64,000 nucleotides of DNA from the human T2T-CHM13v2.0 reference genome, Homo sapiens (GCF_009914755.1 NC_060947.1), one strand, 5' to 3'; positions 28,450-41,782 are shown, numbered from the stretch's first letter. Translations and numbers: made by a program. Notes: generated by a model not told the origin, from the letters alone.

Positions 28450-29060
28450 GCTGTAGATTATTGAATAAGTTAAGCTAGGGTATATTGGCAACCATTTCAG
28501 GAAAAAAAGTCATATCTCTGCTTTGTATTTTAAATGTATAAAAGCCAAAATAATAAAGTTACTGGAAACACATATACACTCACAGACATGTCACTTTATA
28601 TAATCCTAGTTAGTGTAGAACATTTTGAATTTAATGCTAAAGTCAAAACAAAGTAAGAGATTGACAGATCTGATATCAAAAAAGGTAGTCATTAGTTGCA
28701 CAAATACAAAGGGCAATTTAGAGTGATTCTAACATCTGTGGCATGTACAACGAAGATCTAATAATTTTAGTATACATATAGTTTTTACAAATTAATTTAA
28801 AAAATAAAATTTTATCACCCAAATAGAAAAATGTAGAAAGTATATGACTGGGGAAACAAGAAAAGACAAATGAGTGGCTAAAAGAACAAAAAATTTCAAT
28901 CCTCATGGTAATAAGAGAAATGCAAATTGTAACAAATTTATAAAATAACTTTCTTTTCTAAAATTTAAAAATATTTAAAATTTTTTTATTCTCAGTGTCA
29001 AAATGAGAGTTTTGTTAACTCTACACATTACTGATAACACTGTAAAATATTTGGGCATGT
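28450..29060 (+). mobile_element. Highly decayed L1ME-like ORF2/3' fragment
   Basis: Residual motifs such as 'gtaataagagaaatgcaaatt' and 'gattgacagatctga'. Confidence 0.5.
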
Positions 29061-29117
29061 ACAAAAATAAGAAATTTCTGTAACTAGATATGGAAGATTA
29101 AAAGTTACACACATTTT

Positions 29118-30213
29118 TAAATAATGCTACAATGAACATGAGAGTACAGATATCTCTTTGACATACTGATTTCATTTTTTAAAATATATACCTAGAAGTG
29201 GGTTGCTGGATTATATAGCAATTGTATTTTTAATTTTTTGAGAAACTTTCATACTATTTTCAGTAATGGCTGTACTAATTTACATTTCTATCAACAATGT
29301 ATAAGCATTCCCATTTCTCCACATCTTTACTAACACATCTTTTCTTTTTTAAAAAAAAAACTAATATCCATTCTAACAGGTGAGGTGACATTTCATAGTG
29401 GTTTTGATTTGTATTTCCCTGGTGATTAATGATGTTGAGCACCTGGGGCATTTGTGTCTTATTGGAAAAATATGTATTCAAGTTCTTGGCACATTTTAAA
29501 ATTGAGCTTTTGTTTCTTGCTATTAAGTTGCATGAGTTCCTTATATATTTTGGATAGTAATCCCTTTTCAGATCTCGTGTTAATTACAGCATTATTTACA
29601 ATAGCCAAGATACAGAAACAAATGTCCGTCAGTGGATGAATGGATAAAATATATAGAGTATTTCTATGAACGGAATACACTGTTATTAATTTTTAAAAGT
29701 AAATATGTGCTAATAGTTGAAACCACATGGATAAACCTAGAAGATGGTATGCTGAGTGAAATAAGCCAGACACAGAAAGAAAAAGACTGCATCTTATATA
29801 TATGTGAAATCTAAAATAAAACTCACAGAGACTTGAATAACATTTGCCAGGAACAGGGCTGGGGAGGGAAAAGGGAAAAATGGGGAAATATTGGTCAAAA
29901 GGGTACAAAGTTCCAGTTAGGCAAGATAAGTAAGTTCTGAAAATCAAATATACAGAACGGTGACTACAGTTAACAATAATGTATTATATACTTGAAATTT
30001 GCTAAAAGGGTATATGGGTGTATGTTGAATGTCCTCACAATTAAAAAAAAAAGAAAATGGTAACTATTTGAGGTTACAGATATGTTAATTGGTCTGATTG
30101 TGATTATTTTAGTGTATACATATATCAAAACATCAAGTTGTACATGTTAAATATGTAAAATTCCTATTTGTAAATTATATCTCAATAAAGCTGAAAACAA
30201 AAAAATAAACACA
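29118..30213 (+). mobile_element. 5'-inverted (twin-primed) L1MA8/9-like insertion: minus 29118-29573, plus 29574-30213
   Basis: Orientation switches at 'gat|ctcgtgttaattacagc'. 3' end 'aattatatctcaataaagctg'. TSD taaaagttacacacatttt (29099-29117) / taaaagttatacacatttt (30214-30232). Confidence 0.85.
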
Positions 30214-30289
30214 TAAAAGTTATACACATTTTAAACAAGTACTTTCTAGAGGAATATCACTCTCTTTTCTGCACAATATTTTTAGTTTA

Positions 30290-30650
30290 CATTCCCCAGA
30301 AGCAGACTTAGAAACAAGATACAAAATGTAAGTAATTTATTTGGATGCTGATCTCAGGAAGCGTATGTAGAATAAAGAACTGAGACAGAGAGGAGACAGC
30401 AGTAAATACAACATGTTCTTTATTAAGCAACTTATTACTACAAGCAATTGGAGCTTAATTCCTCTGGAGAACTCTGAGGACCAGTATAGAACGTGTCCCT
30501 CATAGTTTATCTCACTCAAGAGAGAGAGGGGCTGCTTCGTATTTATGTGAGAGGGATAATTCATTTCGCAATGAGATGCAGATGCTATTAGTTGGAAGTC
30601 AAGCTAGAGTGTATTGAAATGGTAAGACTCGAAAACGTGTAATGGGAACT
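30290..30650. mobile_element. Ancient ERVL-type LTR (LTR16/LTR33-like)
   Basis: 'ccccagaagcagac...aatttatttggatgctgatctcaggaagc...gcaattggagcttaattcctctggagaactctg' resembles a recalled consensus; subfamily uncertain. Confidence 0.5.
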
Positions 30651-31039
30651 GTTATGCCACCTTATATATAATTTCACCCCCTACAAACACACACACTCAT
30701 ACACACACATTATCTCACTCCTTCATTTATTTCTTCCTTAACATCTTATTACTACAAATTTTACTTATTTTTCATCTTACTGTTTATACATTCTCTCTAA
30801 AGTACCAGCTATATTAGAGAAAATAGATTGCCTAATTTTTCTCTGCTATTTTTCCAGTGTTTGATCTGACTTCCACTTATCACAAAAAATTAGTGAGAAC
30901 TTTAACCCTGGTATATTTTAGTGAAAAACCCCTGGTGTTATACTTCACGCTTGGAAGCCCTTTGGTGGGAAGGGTAAACTATATTAACTCTGAGGCTGCA
31001 GTTAAAAGGCTTCTTATAAAGTTAAGGAACTTTAAATTT

Positions 31040-31200
31040 AGTGTAGCATAGTGGTTGAATGTTCTGGCTCTGAAGCTAAATTGGACTACAGTCAAATTCC
31101 AATTCTCCTACTTAATGGTTAAGTGACTTGAAGACTGAGCTCTTGATCTCTATGATTTTTTCATAATACCAGGAAACAATAATCATGCTTTTTAATGCAG
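31040..31200 (+). mobile_element. MIR fragment
   Basis: 'gtagcatagtggttgaatgttctggctctgaag...caaattccaattctcctactta...gtgacttg'. Confidence 0.6.
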
Positions 31201-31369
31201 TTTTTAACAAGGAAGACTATATTTAACACCATGTTTACTGAGACAAATGGAATAGGATGTTTATTACTTGGATGATAAAATCAATATACTATTTACTCAG
31301 TATTCTGATTCAACTTTTCCTGAGTAAATTTTCCCTCATAATTATCTCAGTTACTTTGTTTACTTGGAG

Positions 31370-31595
31370 CAGGGGTCATTGTAAACTTTGTCTGCAAAAG
31401 GCCAGAAAGTAAACATCTTAGGCCTTGCAGGCAGTAAGGTCTCTCTCACAACTACTCAACTCTGCTGTTGGAGGGTGAAGCCAGTCATAGACAATATGTA
31501 CAGGAATAGGTGTGATGGTGGTCCATTCAAAAGTAAAATACCAAAATAGGTGGTAGGCCAGATTTGGGCTATAGCTATTCCTTTACTGACCCCTG
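31370..31595 (+). mobile_element. MER58A (hAT-Charlie MITE)
   Basis: Terminal inverted repeats caggggtca...tgacccctg and internal 'acaactactcaactctgc'. Confidence 0.85.
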
Positions 31596-32529
31596 GCATA
31601 GAACATATAGTCTAATGTTAAAACCGAAGATAAAATTATGCCAAATATTTTTTCAGAAGTATTCCTTTATGTAAGAATATAATTTAAAAAAGTTTTAGAT
31701 GTTTGAAAATGAGTTTTTCCTTAATATTTCACCTACTAAATAAATAAAACAAAATCATGATATTATAACTTGTAAATTTTCACTTTATGCTAAAAAATGT
31801 ATCTGATATTTTTAGGGTTGTTTCAAATAAATTCATGTAAAATATTACCAGATAAATAACTTTGAAAATGAATTGAATTCAAAGTAAAGGACAGGAAACA
31901 CATCAACTAAGAAATATGCTGCACCATAACAGATGTTGTTTCACTTGAATCAATGCAATGAAAACCAAAGTTGAAGAACATCTGGAAAATTTCCCAAAAT
32001 CTATATTTAGAAAAGCCAACAGTCTCTGTTCTTGATCCTTGAATCATTTCTAAATTATCATATCTTCCTTTATAATTTAAAAAATCTTTTAAGTGCCTCA
32101 CTTAAGATGTGAAAAAAATACATATTTAACTACAGAATGAGAAAATATGGAGGAAAAGCTTAGCCTCATGTAAGAGTTTTGAAGGGCTCAAAAAGGGCCT
32201 GTCTGCCTGAAAGTTCATTTATTCATACTATACTAAAAGTTTGATATCAGAATCATTACTTTTAAAGGAATATTCTGTGTTAATAGACAAATACCCTGAG
32301 AAGAACTTTGTTTTTTTATCAAAGTTACACTTTAGCATTAGTATACTATCTACTTTTTAAATAACAACTGGCTAAGAAAAGCACAAATATAACTGAAGTT
32401 AATGAAGGAAATGTGGTTAGAGTGCAGAGAACGCACCACTGCATTCCTGTTTTCCTCTTTTGTTCCTAATAGTAGAGCTTATAACTCACTCCACCCTCAG
32501 ACCTATCATTTTGTTATAGCAAAAGTTTT

Positions 32530-32682
32530 CAGCAGCATCTCCTGGGAATATTGCTAAAAGGTCGTTGCTTGGGTCCTACTTTAGATATACTGAAATTAGA
32601 GGAGTGGGTTTCAGGAATATGCATTTTTAAAAGCAACACAGATGATTCTGAAGCACAGTCAAAGTTAAGGATGACTGTTCTA
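32530..32682. mobile_element. MER5-like hAT MITE
   Basis: 'cagcagcatctcctggga...caggaatatgcattttta...gatgattctgaagcacagtcaaagtt'. Confidence 0.65.
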
Positions 32683-33159
32683 AGACCTTCCCTGGGCATA
32701 TCTTTCTACCTGGAGGACATTTCCTTATCCTATAGATAAAGAAAATTATTAAGAGCAGAAAAAATTGAGTAAACTCATATCAGATGTAGGCAATCACTTT
32801 ACCTCAAGATTGGTTGGCATTTTAAACATTCCAGTCCAATAAATAAAGTCCACCACCCTGTGTATACTTTTCTACTCAGGAGTAATTCTTCCAGGGTAAT
32901 TTTTTGTTAACATATTAAAATTAAATATGGAAATATACATGAATATTAAGATGCATATTATCCACTTCAGAATCTTAGCAAAATTTAGTTCAGGCTCAGA
33001 TTTTGGTCAATTGATTTCTTGAAAATATCATCAATCCTATGTATGTCCTCAATTTTTTGGACTGGACCACATACTTCCATAGCCATTGGAGCTTGACAGC
33101 TAAGGCTTTTGCTGCTCACAGACATAGTGAAAATCCTGGATAAGTGAAGGATGAAAAAT

Positions 33160-33595
33160 CCATAGTAATCAGAACTTTTTCGCTTCTAAGTGACAGATCT
33201 GGTTATGCAATGGTAAAGTTCAGGAATATCTGGGTTCAGAAAATGCTAGACTCAAGTTCTCAAACAATGTAATGAAGAATTTATCTCTCCAGCTCAAGGC
33301 TGTCCTGTTCCCTGTGCTACCTTCACTCTCAAGCAGACTATTTCTACAGAATAACATGGCTCCCGGAATCTCCAAACTTAAATTGTACTAGCTCAGGAGA
33401 CCCCATGAAAAGATAATTTTCTCTTTCCAGTAATTCAAGTAGACATTACATAATTTGTTCTGATTGCATGAACTTGAAATCATATGCTTATCCCTGTTCC
33501 AATCATTGTGCCAGAAAGACGAAATATGTATATTGCCTGGATCTATTTCTTGTGATACATTTCAATCTAGAGAGGTAAGACTAGCCCCACCAAAC
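33160..33595 (-). mobile_element. Ancient MLT1 (J/K-like) LTR
   Basis: 'gtaatcagaacttttt...aagtgacaga' and 'catatgcttatccctgttccaatcattgtgccag'. Confidence 0.5.
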
Positions 33596-33614
33596 CAAAA
33601 AAATGAAACCAACA

Positions 33615-33860
33615 ATAATACCTAATGTTAAATTGGCACTATGTGCTAAACACGCTTCTACATGCTTTATAGATATTAAGTAATTTAATCCTTATTACAA
33701 TCCTACGGAGGGTGAGAAAATATTATTATTTTATGGAGGAGAAAACCGATAAACAGAGTAGTTAAGTAACTCACCTACAGTTACATAGTTGTGAAGTAGT
33801 AAAGCAAGGATTTGAACCCAGGTAGTGTCGAAACAAAATTAACACTTAACTAATACACTA
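33615..33860 (-). mobile_element. MIR
   Basis: Core 'tttaatccttattacaatccta...gaggagaaaacc...gttaagtaactcacc...ggatttgaacccagg'. Confidence 0.8.
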
Positions 33861-35721
33861 TATAAAAGAGATAGTTGAATGGCCGTGGAAACATTAGCCT
33901 GCTGTTAACAAAAGAGGGGACAATGTAAGGTGGCTAAGAATAAATTATGTCCACTATGTGGGACAGTCAGAAAAGAGCATTAATATTATTGAGTCAGTGG
34001 CAACGATAAAGCAAAATTTTTCTATTCGGTTGCCAGGAAATATTTTAGTTCACAAAAGATTCCTGTATCTGCTTTTGATATTTCATACTTTCTGGTGCAG
34101 TTTAATTGTTTCCTGAAGTCAATATCTTTACAATTCTATTTTAAAGAAGTTTTATTTAATATAATTTTACAGCAAACATTCACACCACACACACATACAA
34201 TATTTCATTTCAACCAAGAGGAATTCTTTCTCTCTCCTTCACTGCAAAGAATTGCAGGATAATTCCAAAAAGCTTTTGTTGGAACCAAGTAGTTCATGGA
34301 CAATTGCCTTCCTGGAACCAATGTCCATTTGAATCTATTTATTAAGTTTTTAATTAACAGCTATTGTTTTATCACAGGTGTGTATGTTTATCTCAAGGAT
34401 GCTTTCCGCATGAAGGAATGGCGCCAAGAAAGTTAAATTGGAAAATAATCCCATATAAATTTTTTTTCTAATAATTATCAGTCAGAAACAGGAAATTCAA
34501 CAACAGATTTATTATTTTAGAAAACAAAGCCACTGAATGAGAATTTTAGCATGGCTTCCTGAATACTTTCTACCATCACACTTCCCACCCCAACACACAT
34601 ACAGAAATACACTAACTCTTTTTATTTATGTTTCTTTATTTATTCTTACTTTGATATGTAGTTCATGGCACTTTCCTCTCAATTCTACAAAGGAAAATAT
34701 CTTTGGCATACAGACATGTATTTGGCATTTTAAAAGTCTCCAGATCCAAACAGCTGGCAAACAGAATGTGAGAGTGAAACTGTCTCCTTTCAATCTTGGC
34801 AGAAACTTACATATTTAGAATCTGGAAAATGCCAGTTGCCTAACAGTACTATCATGTCCCAAAAGAAAGTGGGAAACATGCTGTATTTATCTTGGAATAG
34901 AGAGGGAAATTATACCTAAATTAATTACTTAAGTTTCAGTGTTTTCAATTTCAATGTTTCCATTCTTTAAAAAGAAAAAAAAAGACACTTCGACTTTTTA
35001 AAGTCTAAGCAAATTCAACTTTCGAATCTGCAACCCTTCTACAAGAGTGGGACCATCAGCAACTTTGTGCCCACAAAACCAATTTTTGTGTAGTTCTCAG
35101 TACTCATTGAGAAGGAAGTACAGCTCCTTAAGTAGTTCAATGCTCTCTCATTTTCTCTTGTATTCTGAAGTATACTGCAAGCATTTTAACTTAAAGACTA
35201 TTTTGTCTATATTTATGTTCCTGAGCAAAATATAAAACTTAGGAAAATATGGCTACTCAATGAATACTTGAATGAATCAAATAATAAAAAAATTGAAAGA
35301 AAATTATGTAATCTAAATGGTTTCCAAAGATTCATACAATTTTTATGGAATAATGAGAGAAATGATGTTATTGTGGCAAAAGCTCAAGTTTCTCTTTGTT
35401 TTCAAATGGCATGGACTTTTCTTTGCAATGGTTTGAATTTCCAAATTTCTCCTAATTTAAATAGGGTATTTTGTTCACCAGTTACCTATTTAGAGATATA
35501 AATGCAAGAGTTGGAGAAGGACACTTACTACCATGCCCTAAAAATTTCAGAGAGGGGAGAGGACTTCTGCTTAATTCCACAAGAGAGATCAGTACCGTAG
35601 TGAAAACTTTCATTCTTCTCTCTTGCTAACTTACTCCTCCCTATGGCAAGAGAAGAAGCTTTAGCAACCTAGGACAGAGACACGTATTGGACCATACCAC
35701 TCAAAAAACAGGATCTATATT

Positions 35722-38034
35722 TGATATGGTTTGGTTGTGTCTCCACCCGAATCTCACCTTGAATTGTAGCTCTCATAATCCCCATGTGTCATGGGAGTTA
35801 CCCAGTGGGAAGTAATTGAATCATGGGGGTGGATTTTTCCTGCGCTGTTCTAGTGATAATGAATAGGTCTCACAAGATCTGATAGTTTTATAAAGGGCAG
35901 TTCACCTGAACATGCTTTCTTGCCTGCCACCATGTAAGACATGCCTTTGCTCCTCCTTCATCTTCTGCTGTGATTGTGAGGCTCTCTAGCCATGTGAAAC
36001 TGTGAGTCCATTAAATCTCTTCTTTTTAAATAAATTACCCACTCTCAGGTATTTATTCATAGCAATATGAAAATGGACTAATACAGTAAATTGGTACTGA
36101 TAGAGTAGGGTACTGCTATTAAGATACCTAAAAATGTGGAAACAATTTTGGAACTGGGTAACAAGCAGAGGTTGGAAAACTCTGGAAGGCACAGAACAAT
36201 ATAGAAAAATGTGGGAAAGTTTGGAACTTCCTAGTGACTTGGAAGGCTCAGAAGACAAGAAGATATGGGAGAGTTTGGTACTTCCTAGACAGTTGTTGAA
36301 TGGCTTTGACCAAAATGGTGATAGTGATATGGACAATAAAGTCCAGTCTGAGGTGGTTCAGATGGAGATGAGGACCTTGTTGGGAACTAGAGCAGAAGTG
36401 ACTCTTGCTATGCTTTAGCAGACAGACTGATGGCATTTTGTTCCTGCCCTAGAGATGTGTGAAACTTTGAGAGAGAAGATTTAGGGCAGAAATTACTAAG
36501 TGGCAAAACATTCAAGAGGAAGCAGAGCACAAAAGTTTGGAAGATTTGCAACCTGACCATACGATAGAAAAGAAAAACTCATTTCCTGGGGAGAAATTGA
36601 AGCCTGCTACAGAAATTTGCGTAAGTAACCAGGAGCCGAATGTTAATCACCATGACAATGGGGAAAATGTATCCAGGGCATGCCAGAGACCTTAGCAACA
36701 ACCCCTCCCATTACAGTCCCGCAGGCCTAGGATGGAAAAATGGTTTCCTAAGCCAGATCCAGGGTCCCCCTGCTGTATGCAGCCTAGGGACTTATTGCCC
36801 TGAATCCCAGCTGCTACAGCCATGACTAAAAGGAGCCAAGGTACACCTCAGGCTGTGGTTTCAGAGAATGCAAGCCCAAGCTTTGGCATCTTCCATGTGG
36901 TGTGGAGCCTGCACATGCACAGAAATCAAGAATTGAGGTTTGGGAACCTCTGCCTAGATTTCAGAGGATGTATGGAAATGCCTGGATGTCCAGGCAAAAG
37001 TCTGCTGCAGGGGTGAAGCTCTCATGGAGAACCTCTGCTAGGGCAGTGCAGAAGGGAAATGTGGGGCTGAAGCCCCCACATAGAGTCCCCACTGGGGCAC
37101 CTCTTAATGGAGCTGTGAAAAGAGAACCACCGTCCTCCAGACCTCAGAATGGTATATCCACCGACAGCTTGCACCATGCACCTTGAAAAGCTGCAGATAC
37201 TCAATGCCAGCCAGTGAAAGCAGCTGGTATGAGGGGTATACCCTGCAAAGCCACAGGGGCAGAGCTGCCCAAGGCCATAGGAGCCCACCTCTTGCATCAG
37301 CGTGACCTGGATGTGAGACATGGAGTCAAAGGATATCATTTTGAAACTTGAAGGTTTAATGAGTGCCCTATTGGATTTTGGACTTGCTTGGAGACTGTAG
37401 CCCCTTTGTTTTGGCCAATTTCTCCCATTTCAAACTGATGTATTTACCCAATGTCTGTAATTTAACCCCCATTGTATCTAGGAAGTAAGTAACTTGCTGT
37501 TGATTTCACAGGCTCGTAGGCTGAAGGGACTTGCCTTGTCTCAGATGAGACTTTGGACTATGGACTTTAGAGTTAATGATGAAATGAATTAAGACTTTGG
37601 GGGACTGTCGGGAAGGCATGATCATATTTTAAAATGTTAGGATATGAGATTTGGGAGGGATGAGGGGCAAATGATATGGTTTGGCTGCGTCTCCACCCGA
37701 ATCTCATCTTCTATTGTAGCTCCCATAATCCCATGTGTCATGGGAGGGACCTGGTGGGGGATAATTGAATTGTGGGGTTGGGTTTTTCCCATGCTGTTCT
37801 CATGATAGTGAATAAGTCTCATGAGATCTGATGGTGTTACAATGGGCAGATCCCCTGCACATGCTCTCTTGCCTGCCAACACGTAAGACGTGCCTTTGCT
37901 TCTCCTTCATCTTCCACTATGATTATGAGGCCTCCCCGGCCATGTGGATCTGTGAGTCCATTAAACCTCTTTTTCTTTATAAATTACCGAGTCTTGGGTA
38001 TTTCTTCATAGCAGCGTGAAAATGGATTAATACA
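35722..38034 (+). mobile_element. Full-length THE1 (THE1B/C-like): 5'LTR 35722-36085, internal 36086-37671, 3'LTR 37672-38034
   Basis: Two direct LTRs tgatatggtttgg...taataca, internal start gtaaattggta, and purine tract before the 3'LTR. Perfect TSD ATATT at 35717-35721 and 38035-38039. Confidence 0.97.
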
Positions 38035-38471
38035 ATATTGAAAAGTCAATGTATTCTGTCATTGGGTGACTGGGGTTTGTCAGGTGGGTAATGACCTTTC
38101 ATGTAACTGCTTCGCATACTCTTTGTAGGTGGTTGTGAGACATTTGGTCTCAGGCCTAAAGACATTCTCTAACACTCTTTTTCCAGAATAATAAAAGTGA
38201 TAGGTTGATCCTCTTCTGGCTCCATCTGTCCTGTCTCAGTTGGCTAGAATTCAGAAGGAGGTTGCTCATGGAAGTGATTGGTAACACAAACTTACAATAG
38301 TACCAAGAATAATTAACTTTAAGGCTTAGAAACTACTTTGGAGTTATGACTGACAATTTATTACTTTCTGATTAATTAGATATTTGTGGTTGAGGATTTT
38401 CTAACCAAAAGTGTTAAAAATATTTTAATGATAATTTATTTTTTATTCTTTCAGGATTCAAAAGGCATTTC

Positions 38472-38990
38472 AGGAGATGATGTCAGTGAAAATGGCAGAG
38501 TAAAACTTCCCAAATTCTCTCTTCCATAAAAGCACTGAGAAAATAAATTAAAATTTCAGAATTAACATTTTGAGAACACCACACATAAACCAAGAACGTG
38601 CAAAATTTTGGGAAGCATTTACTCAAGAAAATAAAAAAGTTAATCTCAGTAAGAACAGCAGTCTATGTGGTCTTTTAACTTATCCTGTTTTCTTTGTTCT
38701 CTCTCCAGCTCCATGATGACAATGAAAACCAATAGCTAACAGTCATGCTAAAAAAGCAGCAGCCTGGCAGCCACTGGAGGGGACAGAACAGGTTTGGAGT
38801 TACACTAAAGCCTCATTCCTGGAGAATTATTATTTGACTTATCTGGTGGCCCACAGAAAGGCAATCTTCCAAAGCTATCTTTATCTGAGTTGGAGAACCC
38901 ACTTCAAAGTAGATTTATTCTCATCAACAAGTTGTGATGACCAAACAATCAACTGGAAAAAAAAATAAACTGATAGCAATATAAAAAACA
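38472..38990 (+). mobile_element. L1M (L1MB-type) 5'UTR fragment, probably the 5' end of the 44345-48920 element
   Basis: Start motif 'gatgatgtcagtgaaaatggcagagta'. Confidence 0.55.
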
Positions 38991-38999
38991 TGTATCCAT

Positions 39000-40820
39000 T
39001 CTTCTTTCTTTAAATTATTAGCCTTTTAAACATATCGTTGTGTGTACATAGTAGTTGTATATATTTAAGAGGTACATGTGATATTTCAATACAGGCATTC
39101 AATGTGTAATAATCACATCATGGAAAATGGGATATCCATCCCCTCAAGCATGTATCCTTTGTGTTACAAAATCAAATTAAAAACTTTTAGTTATTTTTAA
39201 ATGTAGCATTAAAGTATTATTGACTATAGTCACCCTGTTGTGCTATCAAATACTGGAACTAATTCAGTCATTCTATTTTTTTTTTTCGTAAACATTAACC
39301 ATCCCCAACTCCTCCCCACCCCCAACACTACCCTTTTCAGCCTCTGGTAACCATCCTTCTACTCTATCTCCAAGAATTCAACTATTTTGATGTTTAGAGC
39401 TCACAAATGAGTGAGAATATGCAATGTTTGTCTTTCTCTGCCTGTTTTATTTCACTTGACAAAATGATCGCCAGTTCCATCCGTGTTGTTGCAAAGGACT
39501 GAATCTCATTCTTTTTGAATGAATAGTACTCCATTGTGTATAAGTACATTTTCTTCATCCATTCGTCTGTTAATGGACATTTAGATTGCTTTCAAATCTT
39601 GGTTTTTGTGAACACATCTGCAAGAAACATGGAAGAGCAGATATCTCTTTGACATACTTATTTCCTTTCTTTTAGTTATATATCCAGCAGCAAGATTGCT
39701 AGATTAGATGGTAGCTTTACTTTACTTTTTTGAGAAACCTCCAAACTGTTCTCATAGTGGTTGCATGAATTTATATTCCTACTAACAGTGTATGAGGGTT
39801 CCCTTTTCTCCACATCCTCCCCTGCATTTGTTATTGACTGTCATTTGGATACAAGTTATTTGAACTGCGGTGATATGATATCTCATTGTAGTTTTGATTT
39901 GAATTTCTCTGATAATAAATCATGTCAAGCACCTTTTCATATGTCTGTTTGCCATTTGTATGCCTTCTTTTGAGAAATGTCTATTCAAATCTTTTGACAA
40001 TTTTTGGTCAGAGTATTAGATTTCTTTCCTGTAGAGTTGTTTGAGCTTCTGTATATTCTGCTTATTAATGCTTTGTCAGACTGGTAGTTTGTAAACATTT
40101 TTTCCTATTCTGTGTTGTCTCTTCACCTTATTGATTGTTTTCTTTGCTGTGCAGAAGCTTTTAACCTTAATGTGATCCTATTTGTCCATTTTTGCTTTGG
40201 GTGCCTATGCTTGTGAGGAATTAATGAAGAAAGTTTGGCCGAGACAATGTCCTGGAAATTTTCTCCAATGTTTCATTTCTATGTGCCTGTTTTTCTGCCA
40301 GTATTATGCTGTTTTGGTTACTATAGCTCTGTCATATAATTTGAAGTCAGGTAATGTAATTCTTTCAGTTTTATTCTTTTTGCTTAGAATAGCTTCGGCT
40401 ATTTGGTTCTTTCATGATTCCTTATGAATTTTAGGATTGCTTTGTTCTATTTCTGTGAAGAATGTCATTGGTATTTTGATAGAAATTTCATTTACTCTGT
40501 AGATTGCTTTGGGTAGTATGGATATTTTAACAATATTGTTTCTTTCTTCCATGCCATGAACATGAAATATCTTCATTTTATGGTGTCCCCTTCAATTTCT
40601 TTCATCAGTGTTTTATAGCTTTCATTACAGAGACCTTTCACTTCTTTGGTTAAGTTAATTACTATTTAATTGTATGTGTGGCTGTTATAAATGGGATTAC
40701 TTTTTAATTTTCCTTTTCGTATTGTTCACTGTTGGCATACAGAAACGTTACTGATTTTTGTATGTCCATTTGTGTCATGCAGCATTAGTAAGTTTGTATC
40801 TGTTATAATAGTTTTCTTAT
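39000..40820 (-). mobile_element. L1MA2-like 3' portion
   Basis: 'atacaggcattcaatgtgtaataatcacatcatggaaaatgggatatccatcccctcaagc...tattattgactatagtcaccctgttgtgctatcaaata'. Confidence 0.85.
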
Positions 40821-41782
40821 AGAAGCAGGGTGACTGGGTCCATGAGTGCATGCTTGCACCATGGGGGGCTGGATGGCAGGGTGCATGTGCATGGATGCCA
40901 GCTGGAACAGGGCCACAGGAAGTTCTGTGCGCATGTTTCCTGGTGGCAGTGGGGTGGCAAGTTCTGCATGTGTGCACATGCCGGTAAAGCAGTGCAGGAG
41001 GCTGAAGATGAGTACATGCTAGCCAAGTGGTGAGGGTGGCTATGGATAAAGTGCACACTGGCAATGTGGTTGGGGTATACTGCAGATTGGTGTGCATCAG
41101 TGGAAGCCTATCTTCTTAAGCTCTCTTTTGTGCAGGCAGGGTCTGATGGTGAAGAGGATATGGTGGCAGCCATCAAGATGGGCCTTATTTGGGCATCTGA
41201 GGCTGTACTGCAAAGTAGGCACAGGCTCTAGTAGTAGCGGGTAGGCAAGGCGGCACTCAGATCAGACTGGCCCTTCTTTGTCTAGGTCTGACATTCAACA
41301 ATGGAAACAGCCACCTAAAGGAACCTGGTGAGCCTTCATGGGTGGACCTCTCTGGCTGTGTTTCGTGCATCAACTTCTCTGGGCTCTGCACAGGCTGGAG
41401 TCTTGTCCCTGCCACCTCTCTAAGCAGCTCTCCATGTCAGTTCAAATGTGTATGGGAGTCATGTGTTCTCCTGCAGCTAGGATTTAAGAGGTCCATGGAG
41501 AGAGCGGGCCACTCTTCATCTACTTATCCTACCCTTTGCCTATTTAACTCACCTTTTCCCCCAGATCTGCTGTAGGCCAGAAATGAGTCCTAATGCTTTT
41601 CAGCCTTGTGCAGGGCTCCTAGTTTCTTCCTCTTCATCCCAGGGTCTGCATCTTCCCTCTGTCTACTCTCAATGCTCTCCTTCTGAAGATCTGCTCAGAG
41701 TGTGCCCATCTTTGTGATGGTCTATTTAGTCAGTGGGATATGCTCTTCCTGGCTTCATTTAGTCAACCCTCTTGGTTTTCCA
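40821..41782 (-). mobile_element. L1P4-type 5'UTR fragment
   Basis: The reverse complement is homologous to the 8770 element's 5'UTR (cagatctt, gatgcaga, ccctgca, ggtgagt, ccatggacctct...atcctagct in the same order). Confidence 0.75.

Noticed and set aside
36190-36295. Tandem ~55-bp duplication in the THE1 internal region
   Set aside because: As I recall, this is a common feature of THE1-int copies rather than locus-specific.
38430-38460. Strong-looking splice acceptor (ttttttattctttcag|g); similar ones near 53770 and 59058
   Set aside because: Pyrimidine tracts ending in AG are frequent in AT-rich DNA, and no matching donor or coding frame was found.
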